Assembly (NCBI GenBank): GCA_013239625.1
Contig: MU054391.1
Location: 4,421,824-4,483,823, forward strand
Length of the DNA stretch: 62,000 nucleotides
Direction of reading: 5' to 3'
DNA from: Lama guanicoe
Taxonomy: Eukaryota
The position numbers were made by a program, and so were the translations under genes. Positions 1 through 11,560 of this stretch are shown here, in pieces (within the stretch, counting starts at the first letter, position 1; each line of letters begins with the position of its first letter). The notes beneath the pieces were generated by a model. That model saw only the letters and a list, made by a program, of their open reading frames with translations, searched no databases and was not told the origin of the DNA.

Positions 1-1087
1 CCAGGGACAACCAACCCATCAGCAAACCGAGAAGCCTAACGATGCCCTTGCTCAGGAGGCAGCGCCTGGGTCAGGGAGGGAGGACGCCAGTACACAAGTC
101 AGTACGGCCCCCGGAGAGAAACAGAAGGTGTGCTGATGGAAAGCACAGGCCTGGGGTCCCCCACCGAGGGTGACAAGAGCGCTTTGGGGACCGTTTTGAA
201 CATTTCTCACATACTTTTAGCTTTGGGGAAACACGTGCCTTCTCTTTTATATTCACATCTGTTTCCCATGTTAGGCTATAAACATCGTCAGGGAACACAC
301 AGCAGTCCTTTCTGTACTTCCATATACCTGAGCTGTGCGTTCAGATGGGCTTCCCAGGAACAACGTGCAAGAAATACACAACCTGAGTCCTTCTCTTGCC
401 GTGTGGGCTCTGAGTAATAGTAAACATGCTGTCACTTTCATCCCCCAAAGCAGAAACACATGAGGCGAGGAGGATGGCTTTAGAATGTGTTCTTCATCTC
501 AGGGTCCTGTCCTCTGGCCATCTCCTAAGCACACATATGCACGTACACACACTCATGCACACAGTCACACGTGAGCTGTGTGTGCAAACTTGCAAAGATG
601 TGGTGCAGGGCTGGATGGAGAGCTCACGGTGAGTCTCGGGAGTGCAGGGAAGGGGTCGGGGTGGGGGGTGCAGGAGTCTATGAGAGCCATGTGGGCCCTC
701 CCAGCCCTGGGTGAGGAATCTGATCTTGGTTGAGGTGGCCAGAGGTGGGAACCCCACTGGGACCCTGACTTTGATGCATGTAGTCAAGAAGGGAGGTGGC
801 AGGAAGATCCCATAGGATCCGGGAGATGCTGTGAGGACAAACGAGAAAGAAGACCATGGCTGGGAGAGGAAGAAAGGGTTTTCCCTACGCTGTGGGCAAA
901 TCTGAGTGGTCCAGCCATGGCCGGAGGTGAACAGAGATGTGGGAAAAACCAACAAGACACTTTGAAACTGGGGTGGGCGGCGGGATACCCACACTGAGGC
1001 TGTGGCTGGGGGATCCAGGCGGGGAGCTCATGGATGCTGAGTGACCTCACGTCCTACCAAAAAAGACATCGTCTGCTGGGTACCCAG

Positions 1088-1665
1088 GATGGGACATTAT
1101 TCTGCTGGGAAAAGGAAGGAAAGTCTGCTGTTTCCAATAACATGGAAGGAACTCAGGGGCATTAGACAAAGTGAAGTAAGAAAGAGAAAGACGAATACTG
1201 CATAGTGTCACTTATAGATAAAATCTTAAAAAAAAAAAATGTCAAACGCATAGAAACAGAGAGTAGAAAAGTGGTTTGCCAGGGGCCGGTGGGTGAGGAA
1301 CCTAGGGAGAGGTTGGTAAATGGGGATGAACTTTCGGCTCTGAGATGAATAAGGTCTAGGATGCGAAACATGATGATGGCTGTAGTTAATAATATTGTAT
1401 CGGACCATTGACATTTGCTAAGAGAGTAGAACTTAAATGTTCTCAACGACAAAAAAGAAGAAGAAAAAGAGGAGGAGAAGGGGGAGGGGGAGGAGAAGAA
1501 AGCAAGCAAAGGAAAGGAAGAAAGATGCCTGCGTGAGGTGACGGCTGTGCTGACTGGCTAGATGGGGGCGCTCCTTTCACAGCCCGCAGGCGCGTCATCA
1601 GGACGTGTGCTTTAAATACTTGTGATTCTGTTTGTCCGTTACGCTTCCCTGAAGCTGAAGAAAAA
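1088..1665 (+). mobile_element. Old L1 (L1MA/L1MB-like) 3' UTR fragment with an internal purine-rich low-complexity stretch (~1451-1525)
   Basis: L1 3' UTR motifs ACATGGAAGGAACTC..GGCATT..AAGTGAAGTAAG..AGAAAGACGAATACTGCAT, GCTAAGAGAGTAGAACTTAAATGTTCTCA, ending GAAGCTGAAGAAAAA; collinear with the L1 at 30.1-31.3 kb. Confidence 0.85.
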
Positions 1666-2400
1666 GTCATGATGATACTATTTTTTAAAAAAGAAAGAAA
1701 GATTGCAGCAAGACTTCAGTGACTGCTGGGGAGGCGGCTTGCTCCGACACAAGCGCAGAGCCAGCCTTAAGAAACCTGGGGCGGCGGTGCCCGGCCCCGT
1801 CTCTGGCTCCTCCCTCGCACACTGCCAACCTCCCTGCTTTCCTCTGCTTCCCCCACCCCAGCCAAGCCTCGTGTTTCTGTCTAGAGCGACCCTATGGCAT
1901 CTTGGTATATGGTTTGTTGTCCACGTGATGCGTGACCGGCCGCATCGGGACGCGTGTGGAGCGTAAGACGGAAACGACTGGCAGCCGCGCAGGGACGCAG
2001 GTGCGGTCGGGCCCCCCGCGTGCAGGCATGCGGGCATCCTGGTTTACCTCAGTAGGAGTCAGTATTTTAACCGTTCACTGGGGCATTTCTTTGGTAGCTT
2101 TCCTCTCCTATTACTGTGGTCTAAGGAACTAGAGAACAGACGTGGAGATGTTTTGGGTGACAGAGAAGCGTCCCTCTGTTCCCCAGAAGACAACGAAGCC
2201 GTTTCCCCGGCCCCACCGGTCGTGTGTTGTCTGCCTCGCGCAGCCCCCCGGCAGCCCGCTGCCACTCCAGGCCACCGCCCGCGGAGCGGGGCCGTCGTGG
2301 TCAATAATGCAAACTAGAAGCGTCTGAAGGTGTCATGAGAAACGTCATCGTGAAGGGCTTGGCCGAACGTTTGCCTGTTGCTGGAGTTATCACCACGGTC
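1530..2400. promoter_or_regulatory. CpG island 1, putative promoter
   Basis: Dense CpG; CACGTG E-box at 1922-1927, ETS-like ACGGAAAC at 1968-1975, candidate donor CAG|GTGCGG at 2000/2001. Confidence 0.65.
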
Positions 2401-3479
2401 ATCATCATCGTCATCACTCTCTATTCTGAGGAGGATTAAGGACACTCTGAAATTAGAGATGAGTTCCTGATCTCTGCTCCTATTTATTCTGTAAATGGCT
2501 TCGTACTATTATGAAACCCCTCTGGACTTCAGGTGGGCAAAGAGTCACAGGGAAACGGAAGCTAGGAAGGGTGTGACCTCCAGGGCACCCTGACTCACGG
2601 GGTGGCGCCCGCAACCCAGTATCGACGAGGCAGGAGTGACTTGCCAGATCCGTTTTCTTGATTTCATATGTTCAGTGCTCCCAGACTAAACCCTGGGCAG
2701 CAGATGGGGGGGAGGGGGATGCGGAGATGGGACTGAAAGTTCAAATAACTTACATGAAAATATACTTAAAATCTCACATCTCAGAATACAACGTGACGAA
2801 GTTGAAAGTGAGCAGTTTTTTCTCAAACAGAGAAAAAGTGGAAAAGGCTTTCAGGAGGGATCCTGGGAACACACAGCCAGGAGCACCTGAGTCAACCGAG
2901 GGTTTGACGACGGAGAAGCCCCCCGAACACGTCCAGGTGTGATGGCCCAGCAGGCTGAGCCAGGTCTTCGCTAACGTTCCTTCTAACACTCCAGCGTCCT
3001 GTGAGCATTCAAGAAGGGAACACCGTTAAAAGTCGAGCAGAACACCGCGCGTCCCTCCATTTACCGACTGCTCCAGAGTGACTGAGGAAGGAGCGCCTCT
3101 CTTCTGTGAGCTCCTCTCTCATCTCTTGATGATGATAATGCGACGATGATTATGTTGATAAACCATGCTGAGAAAACCTTTGTATGTATAAAATAAAATA
3201 TTTTCCAAGGCATTTCTCTTTCCCAGTGGGAATCGATTTGAAGCAGAATGTGTTACACACAATTTCTTTATCTGTAAAGTAGCCCTGAGAGATTTGGAGT
3301 CAGAGAGAAGTGGGTTCTATCTCTTGGATGGAACTCTGTCGAATCCTCAAAAGCAGCCTTATTTTCTCCATCTGTGAAATGAAATTCAGACCTTTCTGTG
3401 GAGCGTTCCACACATTATAACGTGGACAGCATTTAGCACCGTGCCTGGAACACAGAAAAGTCCCAAGGAAAGGAACAAG

Positions 3480-3860
3480 TTCATTCACTCAGGAACTGGC
3501 ACTTCCTGCCACACGCCAGCCCTCTCCTGAGCACCTGGGATACACCGACAGAGAGAACAGGCATTATTTTTGCTTTCAGGGATCTCAGAGCTAGTATGAG
3601 AATATCAAATAAATAATAGCACCAGTACAGCTTTGAGAAACACCCTCATCAAAGAAAAGAAGAAAAAAAAATGAAGGTCAATGGAAGCACAAAGACAGAG
3701 ACTTAATTTAGCCTGAAGAGTTGTCGAGTCTCCTCAGATGAAGTTACATTTGATATAAAATCTGTAAGAAAAGAATGGATCAAATTTGTGTGGAGAAAGA
3801 AGATCTGGGTAGGCAAAGTGAACAAGGTGTGCAAAGGCCCTGGGGCAGGGTGGCCAGTGG
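3480..3860 (-). mobile_element. L2 fragment
   Basis: TCATTCACTCA start, GAGCACCT, CTGGGATACA and AACAAGGTGTGCAAAGGCCCTGGGGCAGG are typical antisense L2 3' motifs. Confidence 0.55.
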
Positions 3861-4547
3861 TCAGTATGTGGAGGGGAGCAACAGGGATGAGGCTAAACTG
3901 TACGCATGAGAGTTTTCACTCTGCACTTAGTTGTTGTTTACGTTTAATTTTCTTGCCAAAGGCACCTCCTTGGAGCAGGGGCCTTCTTCTATCCCTGGCA
4001 TCCAGCACGACTCTTGGAACACGAAGTATTCAATGAATTTGCATAAAGCTTGGACATCCCCTCAATTTAGCCAACTTGTTAGCACTACTCTAGGTAAGGT
4101 TCCTTTAAGATGTGGTCCCTAAATCTTCTGGATTCATAGACCTAGGCGGCCACTCTCACCCACGCTCAGGCCCACCTGGCCTAGGTGTGGCCCTTTGCAT
4201 GCCTGGAGCTCCTCTCCTCATCCACACCCCCTGACGTGGGGCTCACGTCTCTCTTCGCCAGCAGGGAAAGGTCTCCTTACAATGGATGGAGCGGTAGAGA
4301 TTAGGTCCTGCAGCGAGGAGCAGCGATCTCTGGCACAGTTATTTCAGTTCTAACACTCAGACTGCTTTCCGTATTTGCGAGGAGTGAGTAGGGAAGATGT
4401 GTTAATTTGAGCTCAAGGACTACAGCACACCCTCAGATCTCTGCTGATTGCTTTTCCCCCACCAAGCGTCTACGATTGATTATAACCTACGATACCAATG
4501 CAACTTCTGACACCCCACACCACCTTCACCCTAACTTGTGTGCCTGT

Positions 4548-4626
4548 ACACACACACACACACAAACACAACACACACACACAACACACACACACACAAA
4601 ACACACACACAACACACACACACACA
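4548..4626. repeat. Interrupted (CA)n microsatellite
   Basis: Directly visible. Confidence 0.95.
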
Positions 4627-4720
4627 TTACCAGAATGGTCTCTATATATCTGGATTGCACCCAGGGGTGTGATTCAACTCCTTTCCCATTGTGTTAAGAA
4701 ATCAGGGAACGAGCCAGCTC

Positions 4721-4965
4721 AGGGGTCTGTGACTTTTTCCTGTGAAAAGCCAGATGATAAATATCTTAGGTTTTGTGGACCGTAATCTCTGTCACAACTC
4801 CTCAATTTGGCCACTGCAGCGTGAAAATGCCCCAAGGGATATGTGGGCAGCACAGAGTTTCAAGAAAAGTGAAAACTGAATTTCATCAAAAATCTTTTGA
4901 TTTTTTTCCAAAAATTTGAAAATATAAAAACTATTCTTGGTTCTCAGGCTGTCGTTTGCCAACCT
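4721..4965 (+). mobile_element. MER58B-like hAT-Charlie DNA transposon
   Basis: TTTTTCCTGTGAAAAGCCAGATGATAAATATCTTAGGTTTTGTGGACC..TCTCTGTCACAACTCCTCAA and AAAAATATAAAAACTATTCTTGGTTCTCAGGCTG resemble the MER58 consensus. Confidence 0.75.
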
Positions 4966-5167
4966 GAGCAAGCGAGTTGTTGAGTTTCCTTCCAGGCATT
5001 CGTGTTATGCCCAGGGCACTCCAAGGTCGAGGGTGAGGGCAGTGCTGGGGACATACACCAAGGTCAGCCTCCGCGGTGCCCACAGCTAAGTTATGATCTA
5101 GCCAGGAGGTCCTGCCCCAAGGCCAAGGGTTCAGTTGGTTGATTGAGTGAAAAAATGAGTTAATCCG

Positions 5168-5218
5168 AAATGAATGAATGAATGAGTGAGTGAGTGAATG
5201 AGTGAGCAAATGAATGGA
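5168..5218. repeat. (GAAT/GAGT)n simple repeat, probably an L2 tail
   Basis: Directly visible. Confidence 0.8.
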
Positions 5219-7721
5219 AATACGTAATTAAAGGAGAGAGGGTTTGTCTGGGAACCGGGAGCGGACGATCCGGACCCACCTCCCGACTGTTTTCGCACCT
5301 CCACACGTTTCCCTGACAGTTTTCAAAAGCAAAGCCTCCCGTTTGCATCTCTAATTAGAAATGCTTCCTGACTTGAGCGAGAGGGAGAGACTGGTCCTGT
5401 GTCATTACGTGGCCCGGGGACGTTAAAGAGGAGCAGGAACGGAGGCTGCAGGTCCCTGCTGGGGAGGCATCTTCAAGTCCCCCCCAGAGTGGGTTCCAAC
5501 AAGCCAGCACACGCAGAAGAGTCACAATGTTATACTTCAGATGAGAAACGTGCTCCCAGGAAGCAAGAAGCTTCACGGTTAAGCAGAAAACAGAGAGGAA
5601 GCACCCAGTGGCCCTGAGTCTGTCATTTCCCCCACAGAGCAGTGAATAAGGGCTTTGACACATCAAGCGGTTATCAAACAGTAACAAATTAGCTCTTCGC
5701 CATCTGTGATCCAGGAGAGGGGGTGACAGTTTTAGCACAAGATTTTAAAATATGAAATCAACTGTCTATGAACCGGGCTCAGAGTCTCCATGTCTACCCC
5801 GTCTCTTAAAGTAGAGCCACAAGAAAGCTTTGAGGTTTTCAACTAACAAAAGCCAGCAGTTGGGGCTCGGCTCTTTAAAATATGCTAATTGCCGCCTGAT
5901 ATTTGTAAACAAGATGTTTCCTTCCGTACTGCCGCTCACCAGGCTCTCGGGCGCTCACATCACTGCAGAGAAGCAGCTTCGCGCACGAGTCTGGAGGTGA
6001 CAGTCCCTCCCGGCACAGGAAGTCCACCCTCTCTTGCAGCCTTGGCCTGGAGCTGAGCCAGAGGTTGACCTGCTGGATTCTTTGCTGCCCCAAAGTCCTG
6101 CCCTCGGGCTCCCCTGGGACACAGCCGGGACCTCCAATCTTTAGTTTCAACCATGCAAGGCGCCCATCAGCTTTCCATGGTGTGTTGTGTTGCTGTGTTG
6201 TTAGGCTGTGACTGACTCCAGGCAGCCCCAGGAGCTCCAGACCCAGGCAGCGGATCTCCAGAGCCTCCTTCCCCGCAGGCAAGGAGCCACTCTGTCCCCC
6301 ACTCCCCCCACCACCTCCGATATGTTGGCAGGAGAAATCAAAGGACTCCAGATGCTGGTCCTCTTCCAGGGTTGGACCCCTAGCGCTGCCTCTGGTCCCT
6401 AACGTGACCCTTTGTCCTATATTACGAGCCATTTCCCAGTAGATAAAGGGTCCATCACAAGAGGAAGGTTTACAATTCTCAAAGGAGCTGGTGATTCCTA
6501 TTTTAGGAAACAGGTAAAGGGTTCAGAAATAATAGCAAATGGTTTACCAGGAGCAGAGGAGAAAACCCCGCGCCCGGGATGCTGGCTTTGGTGTCCCTTC
6601 TTGGCCACACCACGGTCTCCTCCTCAGGGAGTTGCTGCAGATTTTCAGTATTGCCCTTGCTGTTGCATTTTCTCCTCCTCCTCTGCTCTTTTTTTTTTTT
6701 TTTTTGAAGTGGGAGGCTGGATGGAGGTAAGTGAATGACAACATACTCTATTTGCGATTTACTAGAATGTTACAGTGGGAACCCGGCCAAATTCGCAATC
6801 AGAAAGAGAGGTGTGTTCCAGTCTCAACTTGGTGTCACACCTCAGCGTACGAGGCAGACGAATCACTCCAACGTTCTGCGCCTACATGTTCTTGCCTGGA
6901 AATTGGGAACAATTGCCAACGGATCAAATGAGGTGGGGTGTGTGAGAGTGCTTCTTACACACCTCGTGAAACAAGAGCCTGCATCGCGTGGGCGGATGGC
7001 TCCTCCTCCCTGAAGGTCAAGGGAGATCGTGTCCACGGGCATCCTTTGCCAATGACAAGGTGCTACGTGAGCAAACCACAGCCCCACGGGCTCTCCCAAT
7101 AACTCACTGCGAAATCTTAACCATATCAATGACCAGGCCACGCCTGGCCCCTTCCAGCTTCACAGGCCAATGGACCGAACTACACAGTGGTGGTGATTTT
7201 TAAGATTTCTGAAAGGGCCGCCGTCCCTCTGTGACTTGCGGACTTGCGTGCCTCAGTCCCTGAGCACTGAGCGGCCAGGCGCTGGTCCTGGGGCTGTTTC
7301 TGGTTTTCTCACGGGGGTGAGTGGAGGAGTCCTGGTCTTCCTAACTCTATCTGGAAACTGGCTGGTTGTTTACAAATTCAGCACAGAGTGTACTTAGATT
7401 CCTCAGCTCCGAAATTAAAGAGTGTCTCTGTTATTTATTTACACGACTTTGTACTGCCAGAATTCAAACCAAATCAAACTCCAACCCCAGCGACAACAGC
7501 CTGATGAACTTTTAAAGAAACTTCCCAAAATCAATCTATTTGTTTGGCTCGGGTTACATTGGGAAAGATTCCACCACCAAGAAAGAGCTTTGCTCTGTCT
7601 GCTTTGGGAAGGTTAGGAGGCACACCGCAAGTCACCACACAGCAGTCGCACGGTCTTAAATGGGAGATGCTCTGGCAGGTAAAGAATGTAAGGAAACACT
7701 CGTATTAAGAGTTAGTTTTTT

Positions 7722-8497
7722 TATGATAAATGCTGGAGAGGCTGTGGAGAAAGGGAACCCTCCTACACTGCTGGTGGGAATGTAGTTTTGTGCAGCCACT
7801 ATGGAAAACAGTATGGAGATTCCTCAACAAACTGAAAAACAGACTTACCACATGATCCAGCAATCCCACTCCTGGGCATATATCCGGAGGGAACACTAAT
7901 TCAAAAAGACGCATGCATCCCAGTGTTCACAGCGGCACTATTTACAACAGCCAAGACATGGAAACAACCTAAATGTCCATCAACAGATGACTGGATAAAG
8001 AAGTTGTGGTATATATACAATGGAATAGTACTCAGCCATTAAAAAGAATAAAATAATGCCATTTGCAGCCACATGGATGATCCTGGAGATTATCATTCTA
8101 AGTGAAGTAAGCCAGAAAAGAAAAATGCCATATGAGATCACTCATATGTGGAATTTAATAAGAAAAAAAGAAAAAAAGAGGACACTAATGAACTCATCTA
8201 CAAAACAGAAACAGACTCACAGACATAGTAAACAATCTTATGGTTACCAGGGGAAAGAGACTGGGAAGGGATAAATTTGCGAGTTTGAGATTTGCAAACG
8301 ATAACCCCTATACATAAGAATGGGTTAAAAAAAACAAATTTCTTCTATATAGCACAGGGACCTATATTCAAAATCTTGTAATAACTTTTAATGAAAAAGA
8401 ATATGAAAACCAATATATGGATATCTGTGCATGACGGGGACATTGTGCTGTGCACCAGAAATTGACACTTTGTAACACTATACTTCAATTTTTTAAA
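7722..8497 (+). mobile_element. 5'-truncated lineage-specific L1 (end of ORF2 plus 3' UTR) with TSD
   Basis: ATAAATGCTGGAGAGGCTGTGGAGAAAGGGAACCC, CCAGCAATCCCACTCCTGGGCATAT, MPFAATWMILEIIILSEVSQ (L1 ORF2 C-terminus); flanked by AAGAGTTAGTTTTTT (7707-7721) and AAAAGTTAGTATTTT (8497-8511). Confidence 0.95.
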
Positions 8498-8567
8498 AAA
8501 GTTAGTATTTTTAGGCATTGAGTGCTTTTTTATGTGCCAGGTACCAGGTTACACAGAACTTAAAATT

Positions 8568-8724
8568 GTGTTTGTTTGATTTTTGTTTGTTTGATTTTTG
8601 TTTGTTTTTTGAGGGGGGGGTGATTAGGTCTATTTGTTTATTTTTTGACTGGAGGCACTGGGAATTGAACCCAGGACCTCGTGCATGCTAAGCACGTGCT
8701 CTCCCACGGAACTAGACCCTCCCC
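8568..8724 (-). mobile_element. Camelid-type tRNA-derived SINE with TSD
   Basis: Reverse strand has A/B-box head ..GAGCACGTGCTTAGCATGCACGAGGTCCTGGGTTCAATTCCCAGT and an A-rich tail; AGAACTTA repeated at 8555-8562 and 8727-8734. Confidence 0.9.
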
Positions 8725-9799
8725 GTAGAACTTAGATTTTCTAATACTAATGTTATCATCTCTGTGTTATAGCTGTAGGTGCTGAGATTCGGAGAAATTT
8801 AATGGCTCTTATAAGATCAGACTCTGATGGAGAAAAGGCAGACAAATAGTTTCGCCTTCCATCTCCGCGTCTTTTTCACTTGACCCAACCTCAGGGCTCC
8901 CCTTGCACACAAGGGCTAAGATTTTTTTTTTTTTTAATCTAGTGTGTTTTCTAACGATTACTATCAGGAAGTCCCAGAAGACATTTCACAGTAGTCAAAT
9001 CCGTCCTCGGGAAGACTGAGCTTTTCCAGGAAGTTCTTGTCCACAATCCTGCTCGTCTTAAACGCGTTTCTCAGTTCGTGTGGCATACAGCTCAGCCCTC
9101 GGCAGGCCACCGGCACCTGGGACATCTTAATGAGGAACACACACAATGATGATGTGTAAGAGGACTATTTTCGTGATAATTCCAAAACAAATTCTACCCC
9201 CCCCCCAAATCTCCACAGAACTATTAGAAATTTAGCTGTGTGAATAAGACAAGGGAAGAGATGAAGATGCGAACTGTAAGGCAAAGGCAAGCTCATGACT
9301 TCACAAAAAACCCAAGGGAACCTCATTCTGACGTCCGCGCTGATGCCTCTGCGCGTTGCCCCTGTGGTTACTGAAACGTGGTCTGTGAAAACTGTGTCTG
9401 CGAGCTGCTCCCTCGGCCAGAAGGAGACTCATCCCCGCCGCTTCCTCGTCCCTCCTCCCGGCCTTCCCGAAACACCGGGCCTGGCCCTTCTGCGTCCGTC
9501 GTAGGGTCCGCTTCATTCCGGCATCCCTCCCTGGGCTGGGTCCCCGGAGCCTTTCACCTGGATTCACAGCAGCCCACGCACTTGTCTCTGCCTCGGTGCC
9601 AGTGCAGTCCAGACTCCAGCCAGGGCCGAGAGCGAGCCTTCTCAGGTACACTGACCAAGCTGCCCCCTGCAGGGAAGCCTCCAGGACGCTGATAAATCCA
9701 TCCAAAGGGCCTCCGGGCTGCTTCTGGCTTTGGCCCTGCTTCCTTACAAGCTTCATCTGTCCCTACACCCCCACCCCACCCTCTAAATTCTAGCCTCAA

Positions 9800-9902
9800 T
9801 GGTCTTCCTCCCTCTCTCCTCCCCTCTCTCCATCCCCACTTCCCTCCCTCCTTTTTTTCCTTCCTTCCTCCCTTCCCTTTTTCCATCCTCCCTTACTTCT
9901 TC
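9800..9902. repeat. Polypyrimidine low-complexity tract
   Basis: CT-rich run. Confidence 0.85.
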
Positions 9903-9904
9903 AG

Positions 9905-10250
9905 GGTAAAATGCCCCTCTGAATTCCTCTCCTATCGCCAGTTGCTCTTCATCTTTCAGAACCAGACCTCCCCGTGGTCTCCGCTGGGAAGCCTTCCCGG
10001 AACCCGCCCAGCTCAGCCCGATGTCGGTGCTGTGAGTTCCCACAGTCAGCACACCCGCGCCTCTCGTGGCCTAGTGCCTGCCTGTCCGAGCGCTCGTCTC
10101 CCACTCAGATTCACAAGCTCCGGGAGCGAAGGCCCTGTGTCCTTCTCACCGTCAGAGTGCCAGTGCCTAACCCAGCCGTCAGCGTGGAGCATGTGCCCAG
10201 TCAGCGTTCCCTGGAGGATGGACTCCAAATACACTGCAACGTTAATAAAA
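9905..10250 (+). mobile_element. L2 3' fragment, CpG-enriched
   Basis: CTCTTCATCTTTCAGA..GGGAAGCCTTCCC, CTCCCACTCAGATTCACAAGCTCCGGGAG..CCAGTGCCTAACCCAG resemble the L2 3' end. Confidence 0.6.
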
Positions 10251-10409
10251 GCGGGACATGCTAACCAGAAGTTGGAGGACTAGCAGCCCAGACCACTTCT
10301 GGTGGGGCCGGAACCGGAGCTCTGCCCATCAGACGACTCCTTTAGTACTCCCGTTACCACCGGCTGGAGGAAGGAGCTCCTTGTCTACGGCTGAGTCTGG
10401 GTGCATCAT

Positions 10410-10570
10410 AATGAGCCAAGTGACCTCGATCAAAGAACTCCTTGAGCCTCAGTCTCCTCATCTGTAAAACGGGAGTGACAACACCTGCCCTGTCTTCCTC
10501 TCCAGGATATTATGAGGCTCTAATGAGATCATGTGAGAGGGTGTTGTAAACTGTAGAGTGCTCCATGTCC
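10410..10570 (+). mobile_element. MIR SINE
   Basis: Core GAGCCTCAGTCTCCTCATCTGTAAAACGGGAGTGACAACACCTGCC. Confidence 0.85.
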
Positions 10571-10776
10571 TACCCGCATGTTCCTTCCAGCGGTCCAGTC
10601 CCAGGCACAATGTGTCGTCAATGCCCACAGCAGAGCTGAAGATCATGAGAGCTTATGTTTTCATTCAGCAGCACCCCTTGGTGTGGCTGTGACATCGCAG
10701 AACCTGCCCAGCAGATGCCCCACTTGGCCGCCATGTTGAGCCACCGTGGGCCACTGTGGCTGGCAGTGTAGCCAGT

Positions 10777-11560
10777 GTGTCAGTTCCCTGGGGCGGCCGT
10801 AACAAATCACCACAAACAGAGTGGCTTCAAACAGCAGAAATGTATTCTCTGGAAGCCAAGAGTCTAACATCAGGTGTGGGCAGGGTTGGGTCCCCCTTGG
10901 GAATTCAGAGGGAGCCTCTGACCCTGGCCTTTTCTGGTGGCTGCCAGCATCCCCAGTGTCCCAGGGCTGGTAGGGCTGTCACCTCAGCCTCTGACTCTGT
11001 CTCCTTGTGGTGTTCCCTTCACTCTCTCTTGTCTTTGTTTTCATTTCTTAGAAGGACCCCAGTCATTGGATTAGGGCCCACTCCAATTCAGGATGACCTC
11101 ATCTTAACAAATTATGTCTGCAAAGACACTGCTTCGAAATAAGGTCACTGCTACGTACTGAAATGTGTCCTGCCAAAATGCTGAGGCCAAAACCGCCAAC
11201 ATGACTACATTTGGAGTGAGGGCTTTGGGGAGGTAATTGACGTTAAAAGGTCATAAGAAGGGGACCTTAATCTGATAGAGCTTGTGTCCTTATAAGAAGA
11301 CAGAGAGACACCAGCATGCTCTCCCTCTCTACCACGTGAGGACACAGTAAGGGGGAGGCCATCAACAAGCCAAGAACAGAGCCTCACAGAACTTGACCTT
11401 GGTCTTGGCCTTCAGCCTCCAGAACCATGAGGAAATAAACCATTGCTTATGCCCCCCAGTCTGTGGTGTTTTGTTACGGGAGCCTGAGCTGGCTCAGACC
11501 GTCAGACTTACAGGTTCTGAGTGAACGTGAAATTTAGGGGGATTCTACCCCCCCCATAAG
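10777..11560 (-). mobile_element. MLT1 (MaLR) LTR, interrupted by a second MLT1
   Basis: GCCGTAACAAATCACCACAAAC..GGCTTCAAACAGCAGAAATGTATTCTCT..GGATTAGGGCCCAC..ATGACCTCATCTTAA..AAATAAGGTCAC, resuming after 11500. Confidence 0.85.
11149..11500 (+). mobile_element. MLT1A-like solo LTR nested in the opposite orientation
   Basis: TGCTACGTACTGAAATGTGTCC..GGGAGGTAATT..CAGCCTCCAGAACCATGAGGAAATAAA..; 5-bp TSD GTCAC (11144-11148) / GTCAG (11501-11505). Confidence 0.85.

Noticed and set aside
5875..6432. 185-aa minus-strand ORF; likewise 56243-56956 (237 aa) and 38410-38955 (181 aa)
   Set aside because: No recognisable homology, domain or supporting exon structure; plausible by chance in GC-rich DNA
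609..6726. GGCTGGATGGAG found upstream of strong donors at both 628 and 6726
   Set aside because: Repeated 12-mers are expected by chance in 62 kb, and the flanks do not align
8056..8274. ORFs with L1 ORF2 C-terminal similarity (also 17430-17726 and 30357-30730)
   Set aside because: Truncated, frameshifted L1 fragments, not host genes
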